Origin: a virus
Length of the DNA: 64,000 nucleotides
IMG/VR virus record: IMGVR_UViG_3300025102_007089
Location: 1-64,000 of that record
Strand: one strand, 5' to 3'
The first letter of the stretch is position 1, and each line of letters starts with the position of its first letter. Shown piece by piece: positions 9,423-20,253 of the stretch. A model generated the notes under the pieces. That model ran no database searches. It worked only from the letters and a program-made list of their open reading frames with translations, and was not told the DNA's origin. Both the position numbers and the translations under genes were made by a program.

Positions 9423-10150
9423 TTTTTCTTCCAAATTTTTCCTTTTCTACATCTAACTATAGCACCAGACTTATAAGCAGAAGTTTTTTTTCCATATACT
9501 GAATCAGCTTTCCTTTTACATCTATCCTCTGCTTCTTCTTCTTTATACCCCTTCTTCTTATAATCTTCAATTTCCTTTTTATTACCAGGAGGTAACTTTA
9601 CCCCTAACTTCCCATCTGGACTTCTTAACTTTACATGCTTTGCAAACTCTTTTTCAACTTTATCAGCATATTTTTTCGAAAACTTTTGCTTTACTTCATT
9701 ATTTTCTTCATCTTCAGCTTTATCAACATGCATAACAATCACTGTATCTTCATCTACTCCGTACTCTTTAGTACCATCACCCATATCATCCCACTCACCA
9801 GAGATACAATCTTGAACGTCAACTCCAGCATGATTACAAGCGTCTTCTAAAGAGTCAAACGTTTTGTCTGTATGCATAATTTGACCATGTTGTCCTCCTA
9901 CTGATCCTACGGAAAATTTAATGTTAGATTCTTCATTCTCCGGAAACATACGTTTTTGAACTCCTTTCTTCTTTTTCCCTAATGGCTTAGCTAGTCTAGC
10001 ATCTCCTGGTGTATTAGTATACTGCTTACCGCCACCCTCATCGTTCACATTCCGCATATGGGTTGATGGACCATCACCAAAAGCACCAGTACCTACATCC
10101 TCGTTAATTGATTTATAAAAATATTTAGCAAATTTTGAAGTAGAATTCAT
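9419..10150 (-). CDS. Modular late protein, probable internal head protein
   Basis: Modules separated by acidic tracts; C-terminal DRCKRKA..VYG...SAY.SGAIVRCRK; TATAAATA at 10159-10166. Confidence 0.7.
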   Translation of the reverse strand: MNSTSKFAKYFYKSINEDVGTGAFGDGPSTHMRNVNDEGGGKQYTNTPGDARLAKPLGKKKKGVQKRMFPENEESNIKFSVGSVGGQHGQIMHTDKTFDSLEDACNHAGVDVQDCISGEWDDMGDGTKEYGVDEDTVIVMHVDKAEDEENNEVKQKFSKKYADKVEKEFAKHVKLRSPDGKLGVKLPPGNKKEIEDYKKKGYKEEEAEDRCKRKADSVYGKKTSAYKSGAIVRCRKGKIWKKK

Positions 10151-10174
10151 ACTACTTATATTTATAATATATAT

Positions 10175-10570
10175 GTGGAATTACTTCAACAATACATAGA
10201 AGAAATAGGTAAAGATTTAGTTTTAGATGATTTTAACCTAAAAGAATCACAATTAAGACTTCCTTCTCGTAAGCATTACTGGGTAGCGAGACTTATTGAA
10301 GCTAAAGTTGATCGTAATAAATTACTAGCTAAAAAGAAATCTCTTAAAAAAGAAGTGGTTAAGCAAGTAGTACGTGATTCTCCTATAAAGATTACTCAAT
10401 CTGCCGCTGAATCAGCTGCTGAAAGTCATTCAAGTTTAACTAAGCTTAATGATGCTATAAAAGAAAGAGATATGATAATTGAATATCTTGAAAAGGTAGA
10501 GAAAATTATGTCTTCTATGGGATATGAAATAAAAAATATTGTTGAGATACAAAAAATGGAACAATTATAA
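10175..10570 (+). CDS. uvsY: Recombination mediator UvsY-like
   Basis: Helical 131 aa, ending YLEKVEK....GYEIKNIVE; directly upstream of uvsW. Confidence 0.7.
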   Translation: MELLQQYIEEIGKDLVLDDFNLKESQLRLPSRKHYWVARLIEAKVDRNKLLAKKKSLKKEVVKQVVRDSPIKITQSAAESAAESHSSLTKLNDAIKERDMIIEYLEKVEKIMSSMGYEIKNIVEIQKMEQL

Positions 10571-11997
10571 TGATTGAGTTTAGTTATATTCGTGCTACAG
10601 GTAAGTTAAGAATAACTTGTTCTGATAGCTCTTTATTCGATAAAATTAGAGAGCATTTTTCTGTAGAAAATACAGGTGCAAGATTTGCAAGGAGATACTC
10701 TAGATTTGTACCGAGAAGAAAATATGCTATATCTAATACCGGGGTTTGTGAGTTAGGCATATATTGGGAAATAAGGCAGTACTTAATTAAAGAGCAAATT
10801 ACTGTAGATGTTGAAGTACAAGAAGAGTTACAAAACGAATTGAATGCAGGTACAACGAAAGAACTTTATGAGGATTTTGAATTTGAATTAAGAGAATATC
10901 AAAAAGAAGTAATTAAAAAAGCTTTAAAAATAGGTAGAGGTACTTGTGTTCTAGGTACTGGTGCTGGTAAGACTTTCACTACTGCAGCCCTTATTGAGAA
11001 TTATTTTAGAAATAGTGATAATAAAGATGTTTTTAAATGTGTAGTATTGGTACCTGATTTGGGATTAGTTACACAAACTTATGATGAGTTTTTAAATTGT
11101 GGTACATCATTTAAATTAACTAAATGGACGGGTAAAAATAAACCCGACTTAACTGCTAATGTAGTTATATGTAACATAGGTATAATACAGAGTCAGTTTA
11201 AAGATAATGACTGGATGAAATATATTGATTTACTTATAGTAGATGAGTGTCATAAGGTTAAAGCTACAAATAAAATAAGTAAAATTATATCTAAGATTAA
11301 AACCAAAAATAAGTATGGATTTACTGGTACGTTGCCAGAGGATCAATTAGATAAGTGGTCTATTATTGGTAAGCTAGGACCTGTTATATATGAAAAATCA
11401 AGTTATGAGCTTAGACTAGAAGATTACTTAGCTAACGTAGTTGTAAAGGTAGTCAATATTGAATATCAAAACCATCCAATATATCAAGGGGTAGATGGTT
11501 ACAGGGCTGAATTAGATTATATCTATGAAAGTGATAGAAGAAATACGTTTTTAACACAGTTATGTAGCAAGTTAGAGAACAATACTCTTATACTAGTTAA
11601 CCACATTTCTCATGGTGTAAATTTATCCGAATACCTTACACAGTGTGAAGATAAGCAAGTTTATTTTATTAGAGGTGAAGTAGAAGTAGATACTAGAGAA
11701 GATATAAAGAGAATAATGGAGAAAGAAACCAACGTTATATGTGTTGCTATGAGTTCTATCTTCTCTACCGGTGTCAATATCAAGAATATACATAATATTA
11801 TCTTCGCCGCGGGGGGTAAATCATTTGTAAGAACAGTACAGTCTATCGGAAGAGGTCTTAGAAAACATGATTCTAAAGATAAGCTAGTTATATTTGATAT
11901 TTGCGATAGACTTCGCTATGGTATACGTCATAGTGAAAAAAGAAAAGAAATTTATGAACGGGAGAAGATCAAGTATGTTGAGAAGAACATTAGTTGA
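10570..11997 (+). CDS. uvsW: SF2 DNA helicase UvsW
   Basis: LREYQ, GTGAGKT, DECH, GFTGT, STGVNI, QSIGRGLR. Confidence 0.92.
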   Translation: MIEFSYIRATGKLRITCSDSSLFDKIREHFSVENTGARFARRYSRFVPRRKYAISNTGVCELGIYWEIRQYLIKEQITVDVEVQEELQNELNAGTTKELYEDFEFELREYQKEVIKKALKIGRGTCVLGTGAGKTFTTAALIENYFRNSDNKDVFKCVVLVPDLGLVTQTYDEFLNCGTSFKLTKWTGKNKPDLTANVVICNIGIIQSQFKDNDWMKYIDLLIVDECHKVKATNKISKIISKIKTKNKYGFTGTLPEDQLDKWSIIGKLGPVIYEKSSYELRLEDYLANVVVKVVNIEYQNHPIYQGVDGYRAELDYIYESDRRNTFLTQLCSKLENNTLILVNHISHGVNLSEYLTQCEDKQVYFIRGEVEVDTREDIKRIMEKETNVICVAMSSIFSTGVNIKNIHNIIFAAGGKSFVRTVQSIGRGLRKHDSKDKLVIFDICDRLRYGIRHSEKRKEIYEREKIKYVEKNIS

Positions 11998-12029
11998 AAA
12001 ACATTAAATTTAACCTATAATTATACCAT

Positions 12030-12476
12030 ATGGCCAAATCCAAAAAGAAGACAGAATATTATATAGAACCTAAAGTATTTAAAGCTTCGCTAAAAAAATA
12101 TTATGATTCAGATATACTTACTGATGACTTAGCAGAAAATATTAAAAAAATTGCTTATGGTTTAAGCTATAACTCTAATTTTATTAACTATACTTATAAA
12201 GATGATATGATCGGCGATGCATTAGTAAAAATGTATGCTGCTTTAAAGCATAAAAAATACAAGTTTGAAAGTAATTCTAATCCATTTTCTTACTTTACTA
12301 CTATAGCATTTAACGCATTTATTAATAGAATTAAGAAAGAGAAAAAACATCACGAAGCTATCTCTAATTACAAAGAAAAAGTTTACGAGGAATATATGTC
12401 TAATCCTGAGTATACCGGTGGAGGTGTTGTTTACGTCAAACCGGTAGATGAAGAAGATGACTTGTACAATCAGTAA
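12030..12476 (+). CDS. gp55: Late-transcription sigma factor gp55
   Basis: IAYGLSYNSNFINYTYKDDMIGDA, NPFSYFTTIAFNAFINRIKKEKK. Confidence 0.9.
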   Translation: MAKSKKKTEYYIEPKVFKASLKKYYDSDILTDDLAENIKKIAYGLSYNSNFINYTYKDDMIGDALVKMYAALKHKKYKFESNSNPFSYFTTIAFNAFINRIKKEKKHHEAISNYKEKVYEEYMSNPEYTGGGVVYVKPVDEEDDLYNQ

Positions 12477-13512
12477 GCCTAGGTTCGCTATATTTTCAGA
12501 TCTTCATTTAGGCGTTCATTCCAATAGTACAGAATGGCATACGTATGCTGTAGAATGGGCTAATTGGTTTAAAGATGAATGTAAAAAGAAGAATATTAAA
12601 GACTTAATCTTTTGTGGTGACTGGCATCATAATAGAAGCGAAATATCAGTTAATACATTACAAGTTTCAGCCGATATTTTAGATATCTTATCAGGCTTTA
12701 ATATTATAGCTATTACCGGTAATCATGATATCTACTATAAACATCGTACTGATGTAAATTCGCTATCGATCTTTAAAAGACGTAAAAATGTAACTATTTT
12801 GGATAAGCCAGTTACTATAGAATCTTTTGATAAAACGATTACATTTTGTCCATGGAATACTAACCCTAAAGATATACCTGAGAGTGACGTCATATTCGGT
12901 CATTTTGAAATTGAAACCTTTAAAATGAATACTTATAAAGTATGCGAAGAGGGTGTTAAAGTAAAAGACTTATTAAAGAAAGGTGAACTTATTATATCGG
13001 GTCATTTTCATACTAGACATGAAAAGAGGTTTGGTAAGGGTACTATTCTATATTGTGGTAATCCATTTCAAATGGACTTTGGTGATGCAGGAAATCAAAA
13101 AGGGTTTTATACTTTAGATTTAGATAGAATGGAGTATGATTTTACTCCTAATAATATTTCACCTAATTATATGAAAATTACATTAGGGGAATTAGTAAGA
13201 GAAGGAAGCTTTACTAAAAGAATTATTGATATCATATCAAATAATATTGTAAAGCTAAAAGTTGATATGAATATATCTCAAGAAGATATGGATATTCTTC
13301 TTAAGAAGTTAAATTTACTTAAACCTAAAAACCTTACAGTAGATTATGATATAAATTTTAATCGATTGATAGATAACGTTGAAGATAAAGAAGATCTATC
13401 AGGCATTGATATTCCACAAGCCATTGAAGAATTTATTAATTTACTTGAAATTAACAATAAAAAGGATATCATAGATTATACCTTATCGCTGTATGAAAAG
13501 AGTAGACTTTAA
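12448..13512 (+). CDS. gp47: Recombination endonuclease subunit gp47 (Mre11/SbcD-like)
   Basis: SDLHLG, GDWHH, GNHD, GHFE, SGHFH metallophosphoesterase motifs; true start may be 12457. Confidence 0.9.
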   Translation: MKKMTCTISKPRFAIFSDLHLGVHSNSTEWHTYAVEWANWFKDECKKKNIKDLIFCGDWHHNRSEISVNTLQVSADILDILSGFNIIAITGNHDIYYKHRTDVNSLSIFKRRKNVTILDKPVTIESFDKTITFCPWNTNPKDIPESDVIFGHFEIETFKMNTYKVCEEGVKVKDLLKKGELIISGHFHTRHEKRFGKGTILYCGNPFQMDFGDAGNQKGFYTLDLDRMEYDFTPNNISPNYMKITLGELVREGSFTKRIIDIISNNIVKLKVDMNISQEDMDILLKKLNLLKPKNLTVDYDINFNRLIDNVEDKEDLSGIDIPQAIEEFINLLEINNKKDIIDYTLSLYEKSRL

Positions 13513-15298
13513 AAAAGTATCGATAGTAAATTTCTTATCTGTAGGAGATGAACCGGTTACAGTTGAGTTTAAAAAAGGTTTGCATGTTATAACTGGTAAA
13601 AATAGAGATAAACCTGATAGAAGAAATGCTATTGGTAAAAGTACTATTGCTGATTCGATCTATTTTGCTATATTTGGCGAGACTTTAAGAGAGATTAAAA
13701 AAGATCTTATACCTAATAATCTTACTAACGGTAAAACTCATGTAGAGTTAGATTTTGAAGTAACTACAACTAGTGGTACTAATGAATATAAGATAATTAG
13801 AAACTTATCTCCATCAAAAGCATACATCTTTAAAGATGGTATTGATAAAACTAGAGACAGTATTAGCAATACTACAAAATATATTGCACAAATTTTAAGT
13901 GCATCGCAAGCTATTTTTCAAAACTGTGTTATTATGACAGTTAATAATGCAGTGCCTTTTATGGCTAAAAATAAAATCGAAAAGCGTAAGTTTATTGAAG
14001 ATATTTTTGGAATGGAGATTTTTAGTACTATGCTCTCTACATTGCGAAATGAATATAATGAAATTAAGAGAGAACATGATACAGAAACAACTAAACTAGA
14101 TGAGGTATCTAAAAGTCTTAATAATTACTCTAATCAAAAAGATAAACTATTACAAAAACGTAAAGAGAAAAAAGAGTTATATTTAGAAAGGGAAGCAAAT
14201 AATAATCAAGAATTAGAAAAGCTACTTGACGACATTAAAAATTACGAAGATGTAAATGTTGAAAATATACAAAACTCTATTGATAGTTTAAATGAAAGGC
14301 TTGAAGAGTGTGAATTAAAAATTAATAATGATATTGAGCAGATTAGTACTGAAAAAGCAAAAGTTAAATATAAAAAAGAACAATATCAAAAAATGGGTAC
14401 TGATGAAGAAATATGCCCAGTTTGTTTAAGGAGTATTGAAGAGCATGATCAAGATGTTATTAGTAAAGAAAGAGAAAAGCTTAAAGATACTATCGAGCGA
14501 ATGGTTGAATCAATAAAGGTTATTGGTACTGATTTAGATGAGTTAAAATTGCGTAAGGTAAAAATTTTAAAAGCTATTACATCCTGTCATAATAAAATTG
14601 CTGAAGCAAAGGTTACATTACAAAAACGAAAAGGTACTAAAGAGCGTGTAGGTCAATTACAAGAATGGTTAGAAGAATTAAAAATAGACTTAGAAGCAGT
14701 TGAATCTACTGAAACTGATTTTGATGAGCTTATAGTAGAAACGAAAAAGCGCTTTGATAGTTTAGATTCTGTAGTAAAAGATTTTAGAGATCAAATATCT
14801 ACTTTAGATATAGTTAAGTTTGTAGTTTCTGAAGAGGGTGTAAAGTCATATATTGTAAATAAACTACTAGAGCTTCTTAACGGTAAACTACTACACTATC
14901 TTAAACGTTTAGACTCAAATTCAATTTGCATATTTAACGAATATTTTGAAGAAGAGATTTTAAACGAAAAAAATAAAATTTGCTCTTACTTTAACTTTTC
15001 AGGCGCTGAAAGAAAATCTATAGACCTAGCTTGCTTGTTTACGTTTTCAGATATTAGACGTCTACAAGGTGGTGTACAGTATAATATAGCTATATACGAT
15101 GAATTATTTGACTCTTCGTTTGATGAAAAGGGTATCGAATTAATTACCGAAATCTTGCAAGATAGAGTAGAAGAGCTTAATGAATGCTCGATTGTTATTT
15201 CTCATAGAAAAGAATCTATAAAAGCTGTTACTGGTGATGTTATATATCTTGAAAAAGAAAATGGTATAACTCGCCGTGTAGATTATAAAGAAATGTAA
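13493..15298 (+). CDS. gp46: Recombination ATPase subunit gp46 (Rad50/SbcC-like)
   Basis: NAIGKST Walker A, coiled coil with CPVC hook, FSGAE signature, YDELFD, ISH. Confidence 0.92.
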   Translation: MKRVDFKKVSIVNFLSVGDEPVTVEFKKGLHVITGKNRDKPDRRNAIGKSTIADSIYFAIFGETLREIKKDLIPNNLTNGKTHVELDFEVTTTSGTNEYKIIRNLSPSKAYIFKDGIDKTRDSISNTTKYIAQILSASQAIFQNCVIMTVNNAVPFMAKNKIEKRKFIEDIFGMEIFSTMLSTLRNEYNEIKREHDTETTKLDEVSKSLNNYSNQKDKLLQKRKEKKELYLEREANNNQELEKLLDDIKNYEDVNVENIQNSIDSLNERLEECELKINNDIEQISTEKAKVKYKKEQYQKMGTDEEICPVCLRSIEEHDQDVISKEREKLKDTIERMVESIKVIGTDLDELKLRKVKILKAITSCHNKIAEAKVTLQKRKGTKERVGQLQEWLEELKIDLEAVESTETDFDELIVETKKRFDSLDSVVKDFRDQISTLDIVKFVVSEEGVKSYIVNKLLELLNGKLLHYLKRLDSNSICIFNEYFEEEILNEKNKICSYFNFSGAERKSIDLACLFTFSDIRRLQGGVQYNIAIYDELFDSSFDEKGIELITEILQDRVEELNECSIVISHRKESIKAVTGDVIYLEKENGITRRVDYKEM

Positions 15299-15312
15299 CT
15301 TAAATATGCACG

Positions 15313-16533
15313 ATGTTAAATCCTAATCCTTCACCATGGCAGCCTTCTCCAATCGCTAGTCCATTTGCTCCTTTACCTATACAAGTAGAAAAACAGCCTG
15401 AACAACCTCAACCTAAAGAAGCTGATCTACCTAGATTTGTAAATTTTTTAGCTGATTATTCAGGCTGTGGTCATTGGAGGATAATATGGCCTGAATATGT
15501 TATAAATATGACTGGGGTAGGAATGTCTCAATCTACTACAGCTATGGTTGCAGATCCTAGATGGTATCAAAATGTAAAATGTGTTAAGGTACAGCGACAG
15601 GCTTCAAACTCACAAAAAGAATTTATTAAACATCTTAAGAAAATACAACAAGAAGCTGGGTTCAAAATTATATATGAAGTTGATGATGTTGTATTTAAAG
15701 AAGATATACCCGACTATAATAAATTTAAATTTGCTTTTGATACAGAGGAAGTAAGAAATAATTGCATTGAAATTATTAATATGGTAGATGAAGTTACAGT
15801 AACTTGCGACTTTATGAGAAGGTTATACCAAGAAAAGACAGGTAAACAAGAAATTACAGTAATACCAAACTTTATGCCTAATTTTTGGATGGGTAATATC
15901 TTTAATAAGAAAAAAGTACAGCGTGACTTTACAAGAAATAAACAACGCCCACGTATATTGTATACTGGCTCCGGAGCTCATTATGACGTAGATAACAAAG
16001 TAGGTGGTAAAGATGACATGTACGGTGTACGAGATATTATACGTAAGACGGTAAACAAATATCAGTGGGTGTTTGTTGGAGCTTTCCCTCCTCAGTTAGT
16101 TGATTTAGTTCAGTCTGGTAAAATAGAATTTCATCCATGGCGAGATTTGCTATCTTATCCTGCTTTTATTAGTAGTCTTAACGTACAATTAATGGTTGCA
16201 CCTTTACAAGTAAATAATTTTAATAATGCAAAGTCAGACATTAAATTTTTAGAAGCGTGTACATTAGGTATACCTTGTTTATGCCAAGATATGGAAACTT
16301 ATAATACAGCACCAAGTTACTTAAAGTTTTCTACCCCTGAAGAATTTGAACATAAGATACGAACTATACTTCACTCTAAAAATAGAGCTAAATATTTCGG
16401 TAACATCGAGAAATTAAGATCTATTGCCGAAAAACGAACTTTAGAATTACCTCAAAATATTGGAGCACACGTAGAAGCGCTTACTACTCCTTATGGTTCT
16501 AGTGAAAGAAAGTATTTAAGAGAATGGAATTAG
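15313..16533 (+). CDS. Putative glycosyltransferase (GT-B-like)
   Basis: SGCGHWRI, YEVDD, VIPN, APL..N.FN.AKSDIKFLEA...GIP. Confidence 0.7.
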   Translation: MLNPNPSPWQPSPIASPFAPLPIQVEKQPEQPQPKEADLPRFVNFLADYSGCGHWRIIWPEYVINMTGVGMSQSTTAMVADPRWYQNVKCVKVQRQASNSQKEFIKHLKKIQQEAGFKIIYEVDDVVFKEDIPDYNKFKFAFDTEEVRNNCIEIINMVDEVTVTCDFMRRLYQEKTGKQEITVIPNFMPNFWMGNIFNKKKVQRDFTRNKQRPRILYTGSGAHYDVDNKVGGKDDMYGVRDIIRKTVNKYQWVFVGAFPPQLVDLVQSGKIEFHPWRDLLSYPAFISSLNVQLMVAPLQVNNFNNAKSDIKFLEACTLGIPCLCQDMETYNTAPSYLKFSTPEEFEHKIRTILHSKNRAKYFGNIEKLRSIAEKRTLELPQNIGAHVEALTTPYGSSERKYLREWN

Positions 16534-17303
16534 AGACTTTTAGAAAAAACGTATTTTCGCAATATGGTGAAGACGGGGTAATAGAAAGAATATTTGAAGT
16601 ATTAGATATTACTAGTGGCTATGTATGTGAGTTTGGAGCTTGGGATGGCATTCATTGCAGTAATACATACAACCTTTATTCAGATGATTCTGATTTTATA
16701 CCTATACTAATAGAGAGTGATAAGGAAAAATATAAAGATCTAGAAGTTAATTTACAAGATATAAAACAAAAATATATAGCTAATAAGTTTTTAAATAAAG
16801 AATCTAATCATAAAGATTCACTTAGTAATATAATTAAAGATTTTAAGATAAATGATATAAACAATAATAACTTTGTACTTTTAAGTATCGATGTTGATGG
16901 ACCTGATTATGAGATTTGGAAAAATTTTACTGATTATAGGCCACGCGTAGTAGTTATAGAAGCTTCGAAGTTATTACACCCTGAAGAATTAGTTTACCCT
17001 ACTGAAGATGGTGGTGCTTCAGCAGGTATACTAGTACAATTAGGAAAAGAAAAGGGGTATGAATTAGTTTGTCATACAGGATCAAATTGTATTTTTGTAC
17101 TTAATGAAGATTTTCCAAAATTTAAAATAGAAGATAATTCCTTATCAAAATTATACATTTATACACAAAGTACAGCAGTATTAAGATTGGTTGAAAAGGG
17201 TGTTTATACTGAAGAGCAGGGAGAGTATTGGATTGAATATATGTCAGCTATGGGCCAGGTGATACAACACTCAGATGGTTTTACACCTACTAAAATTTTC
17301 TAG
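16524..17303 (+). CDS. FkbM-like SAM-dependent methyltransferase
   Basis: SQYGEDGVI, EFGAWDG..SNT, LSIDVDGPDY, PRVVVIE. Confidence 0.75.
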   Translation: MELETFRKNVFSQYGEDGVIERIFEVLDITSGYVCEFGAWDGIHCSNTYNLYSDDSDFIPILIESDKEKYKDLEVNLQDIKQKYIANKFLNKESNHKDSLSNIIKDFKINDINNNNFVLLSIDVDGPDYEIWKNFTDYRPRVVVIEASKLLHPEELVYPTEDGGASAGILVQLGKEKGYELVCHTGSNCIFVLNEDFPKFKIEDNSLSKLYIYTQSTAVLRLVEKGVYTEEQGEYWIEYMSAMGQVIQHSDGFTPTKIF

Positions 17304-17334
17304 CATTTAGGAACTTCATTATTATAATAAGACG

Positions 17335-19902
17335 ATGTCTTATAGAAATGTAGTATATGATGGCCGGAGAGGCTGCGTTAATTTGTTTACTTGGGATGGT
17401 GAAGGTAAGCGAGTTATGCATGAGTGTTCTTTCGAGCCTTATCTATACGTTGAAGATAATAGAGGGGATAAGACGTCAATATTTGGAACTAAAGTTAAAA
17501 AGAAGTCATTTCACAATGCTTATAATAGATCTAGATTTGTAAATGATGCAGGTATAAAACGAGTTTTTGAAAACTGTCCTCCTGCACAGCAATTTTTGCT
17601 AGATATGTATTGGCAGCAAAATGAAAATGAAGAATTTTCGAGTAAGCCTCTTAAGTATTGTTTTTTAGATATTGAGACTTATAGCGTTGATCATTTTCCT
17701 GATATTGAAAATCCTACTCATGTTGTTAATGTTATAACTTGTTGGGATAATTTTAGTAAGAAGTTTCATACGTTTGGTATCAAGCCGTATACTGGTAAAG
17801 GAAGAGACGATCTTAATTATGTTTATTGTAAAGATGAAAGAGAGATGTTTATTAAGTTTCTTGAATATCTTGAAAATGACTTCCCGGATATCTTAAGTGG
17901 TTGGAACTCCGAATTTTTCGATATACCTTATATTGTAAATAGAATGGAAAGGGTGTTAGGTCAAGAATTTGTAAATAGACTCTCCCCGCTTAAAAGAGTT
18001 CATTTTAGAGTTATTAAAGGTAAGTTCGGTAGAGAACAAAAACGCTATTATATTGATGGTGTTGCATGTTTAGACTACCTCGATGTTTATAAACGATTTT
18101 GTTTGAAGTTAAGAGAGTCGTATAAGTTAGATGCTATTGGTCAAGTAGAACTAGGGGATAGAAAAATTGATTACGGAGGGGTAAGCTTAGCTACTCTATC
18201 AGATGAAGATTGGAATACCTTTATTGATTATAATATTCAAGACGTTAATTTGTTAGTACGTCTAGAAGAAAAATTACAGTATATACCTTTACTAAGAACC
18301 CTATCTTACGTAGGGTTAACTACTCTTGAAGGTGCAATGGGTACTATTCAAGTTATTAATGGTGCTCTAACTATTAGAGCTCGTAAGCGTAATGAGATTA
18401 TTTCGACGTTTATTCGTAATGCTGATACTGGTAAAAATCCTGGAGCGTATGTAGCTGAACCTAAAAGAGGGTTTAAGAAAAATGTAGTCTCTTTTGATGC
18501 TAACTCTCTATACCCGAATGTGATGATCTCTTTGAATACTTCACCGGAAACTAAAGTGGGTAAAATAGAGAGAACCACTGATAAAAATGTAACGATACAG
18601 CATGTTACCGGTAAATTATTCGAACTTAGTAAACCTGACTTTGTAAAGTTTCTAAAAAATGAGCAATGCTCTATATCTAAAGCTGGATTTCTATTCAGTC
18701 AAAAGAAGAAGGGTATCATACCTGAATTCTTGGAATACTATTATAATAAACGGGTTGAGATAAAGAAAAAACTATTTAAGACTAAGCAAAAATTTAAGAA
18801 AGAACCTAATAATTTAGATCTTAAATATGAAGTTGAGAGGCTTAATACTTCGCAGATGGTTATTAAGATTCTTATTAACTCTTGTTATGGATATATGGGC
18901 AATAAAAATGCCCCTATTGGTGATGATGATATTGCATCTTCAGTAACGTTAACCGGTCAAGCTGTAATTAAGTATTCGAATGAATTAATTAAAGAGTTTC
19001 TTAAGAAAGAAGTAGCAGATATATCTGATAGAGAGCTTGAAGAATGTGTTATTTATAATGATACTGATTCGTCATATATTTCGATCTCTCCTCTAGTAGA
19101 TAAAGGTATTGTAAAATTTTGGGATAATGATATGGTCCACGAGGAGACGTATAGCAAGATTCAAGAGATTGAAGACTATCTAAATGAGGGTATAAGTAAA
19201 TGGGCTGAAAAAGCTATTCTTACTAATAATAGTAGGTTTGTATTTAAGCGTGAATGTATAGCTGATATCGGTGTTTTCTTACAGAAAAAACGTTATGTTA
19301 TGCATATACTTGACGATGAGGGTATTAAGGAAAATAAATTTAAGTATACTGGTGTTGAAGTAGTTCGAACTACTATGCCTAATGCTATTAAACCTTATGC
19401 TAAAAAGATAATTGAAACTATGCTTTCAACTCAGTCTTTGAAAGAAACTAATAGTATACTTAATGAAACTTATGAGGTCTTTAAGAGCTTATCACCGGAA
19501 GAACTTGCTTTTGTAATGGGTGTAAAGGGATACGAAAAATACGCTTCGCAGAGTAATGAGTTTAATACTTGTAAGGGTATGCCTATACATGTAAAATCTG
19601 CTTATTACTATAATGAGCTTCTAGATAAATTAAATACTGGTAACAAATATGAATCGATTAGTACGGGAGATAAAGTCCGTTATATGTATGTTGAGCAGCC
19701 TAATAAGTTTGGTCTGGATAGTATTGGCTTTAAATATGAGTATCCTGAGGAGTTTAATAGTATCTTTAAACCGGATTATGATAAGATGTTTCAAAAAATC
19801 TTATTTCAAGCTATCGAACGTTTTTACGAAAATGTAAATTGGACTATTCGTAAGCCTTCAGAAAATGTTCAAGTTGAACTCTTTGACCTATTTGCTAAAT
19901 AA
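17335..19902 (+). CDS. gp43: Family B DNA polymerase gp43
   Basis: DIET exonuclease motif, FDANSLYP, KILINSCYG, YNDTDS, KKRY. Confidence 0.96.
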   Translation: MSYRNVVYDGRRGCVNLFTWDGEGKRVMHECSFEPYLYVEDNRGDKTSIFGTKVKKKSFHNAYNRSRFVNDAGIKRVFENCPPAQQFLLDMYWQQNENEEFSSKPLKYCFLDIETYSVDHFPDIENPTHVVNVITCWDNFSKKFHTFGIKPYTGKGRDDLNYVYCKDEREMFIKFLEYLENDFPDILSGWNSEFFDIPYIVNRMERVLGQEFVNRLSPLKRVHFRVIKGKFGREQKRYYIDGVACLDYLDVYKRFCLKLRESYKLDAIGQVELGDRKIDYGGVSLATLSDEDWNTFIDYNIQDVNLLVRLEEKLQYIPLLRTLSYVGLTTLEGAMGTIQVINGALTIRARKRNEIISTFIRNADTGKNPGAYVAEPKRGFKKNVVSFDANSLYPNVMISLNTSPETKVGKIERTTDKNVTIQHVTGKLFELSKPDFVKFLKNEQCSISKAGFLFSQKKKGIIPEFLEYYYNKRVEIKKKLFKTKQKFKKEPNNLDLKYEVERLNTSQMVIKILINSCYGYMGNKNAPIGDDDIASSVTLTGQAVIKYSNELIKEFLKKEVADISDRELEECVIYNDTDSSYISISPLVDKGIVKFWDNDMVHEETYSKIQEIEDYLNEGISKWAEKAILTNNSRFVFKRECIADIGVFLQKKRYVMHILDDEGIKENKFKYTGVEVVRTTMPNAIKPYAKKIIETMLSTQSLKETNSILNETYEVFKSLSPEELAFVMGVKGYEKYASQSNEFNTCKGMPIHVKSAYYYNELLDKLNTGNKYESISTGDKVRYMYVEQPNKFGLDSIGFKYEYPEEFNSIFKPDYDKMFQKILFQAIERFYENVNWTIRKPSENVQVELFDLFAK

Positions 19903-19906
19903 AAAC

Positions 19907-20218
19907 ATGGCAGTACAACCAGGTGGTTACTTAGATAAACCAGAAGATGATAATACCTCTAAAGCGCACCCAGCTTTTAATAGAGGTAAAATAAAAGGAA
20001 TCCTTGAAACGTTAGCAATCTTACGTAAGGTAATTAACGGGGAGGATGACGGATCTGGTGTGATTAATTCACCAGAAATTGAAAAAATACGAAAATCTGT
20101 TTTTGTTATGAGAGACACTTTAGAGCATGCATCTGATAAATCTACTTATCTATCAAAACAGGCCAAAGAAGCTCTCGATACAGCTATTGAACATGCCAAC
20201 TCTTTGAGATATCAGTAG
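19907..20218 (+). CDS. Hypothetical protein
   Basis: Likely start MAVQPGG at 19907, 5 nt after CTAAATA. Confidence 0.6.
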   Translation: MAVQPGGYLDKPEDDNTSKAHPAFNRGKIKGILETLAILRKVINGEDDGSGVINSPEIEKIRKSVFVMRDTLEHASDKSTYLSKQAKEALDTAIEHANSLRYQ

Positions 20219-20253
20219 TTGCTTTTTAAAATTTTTTACTTAATATTATTATT

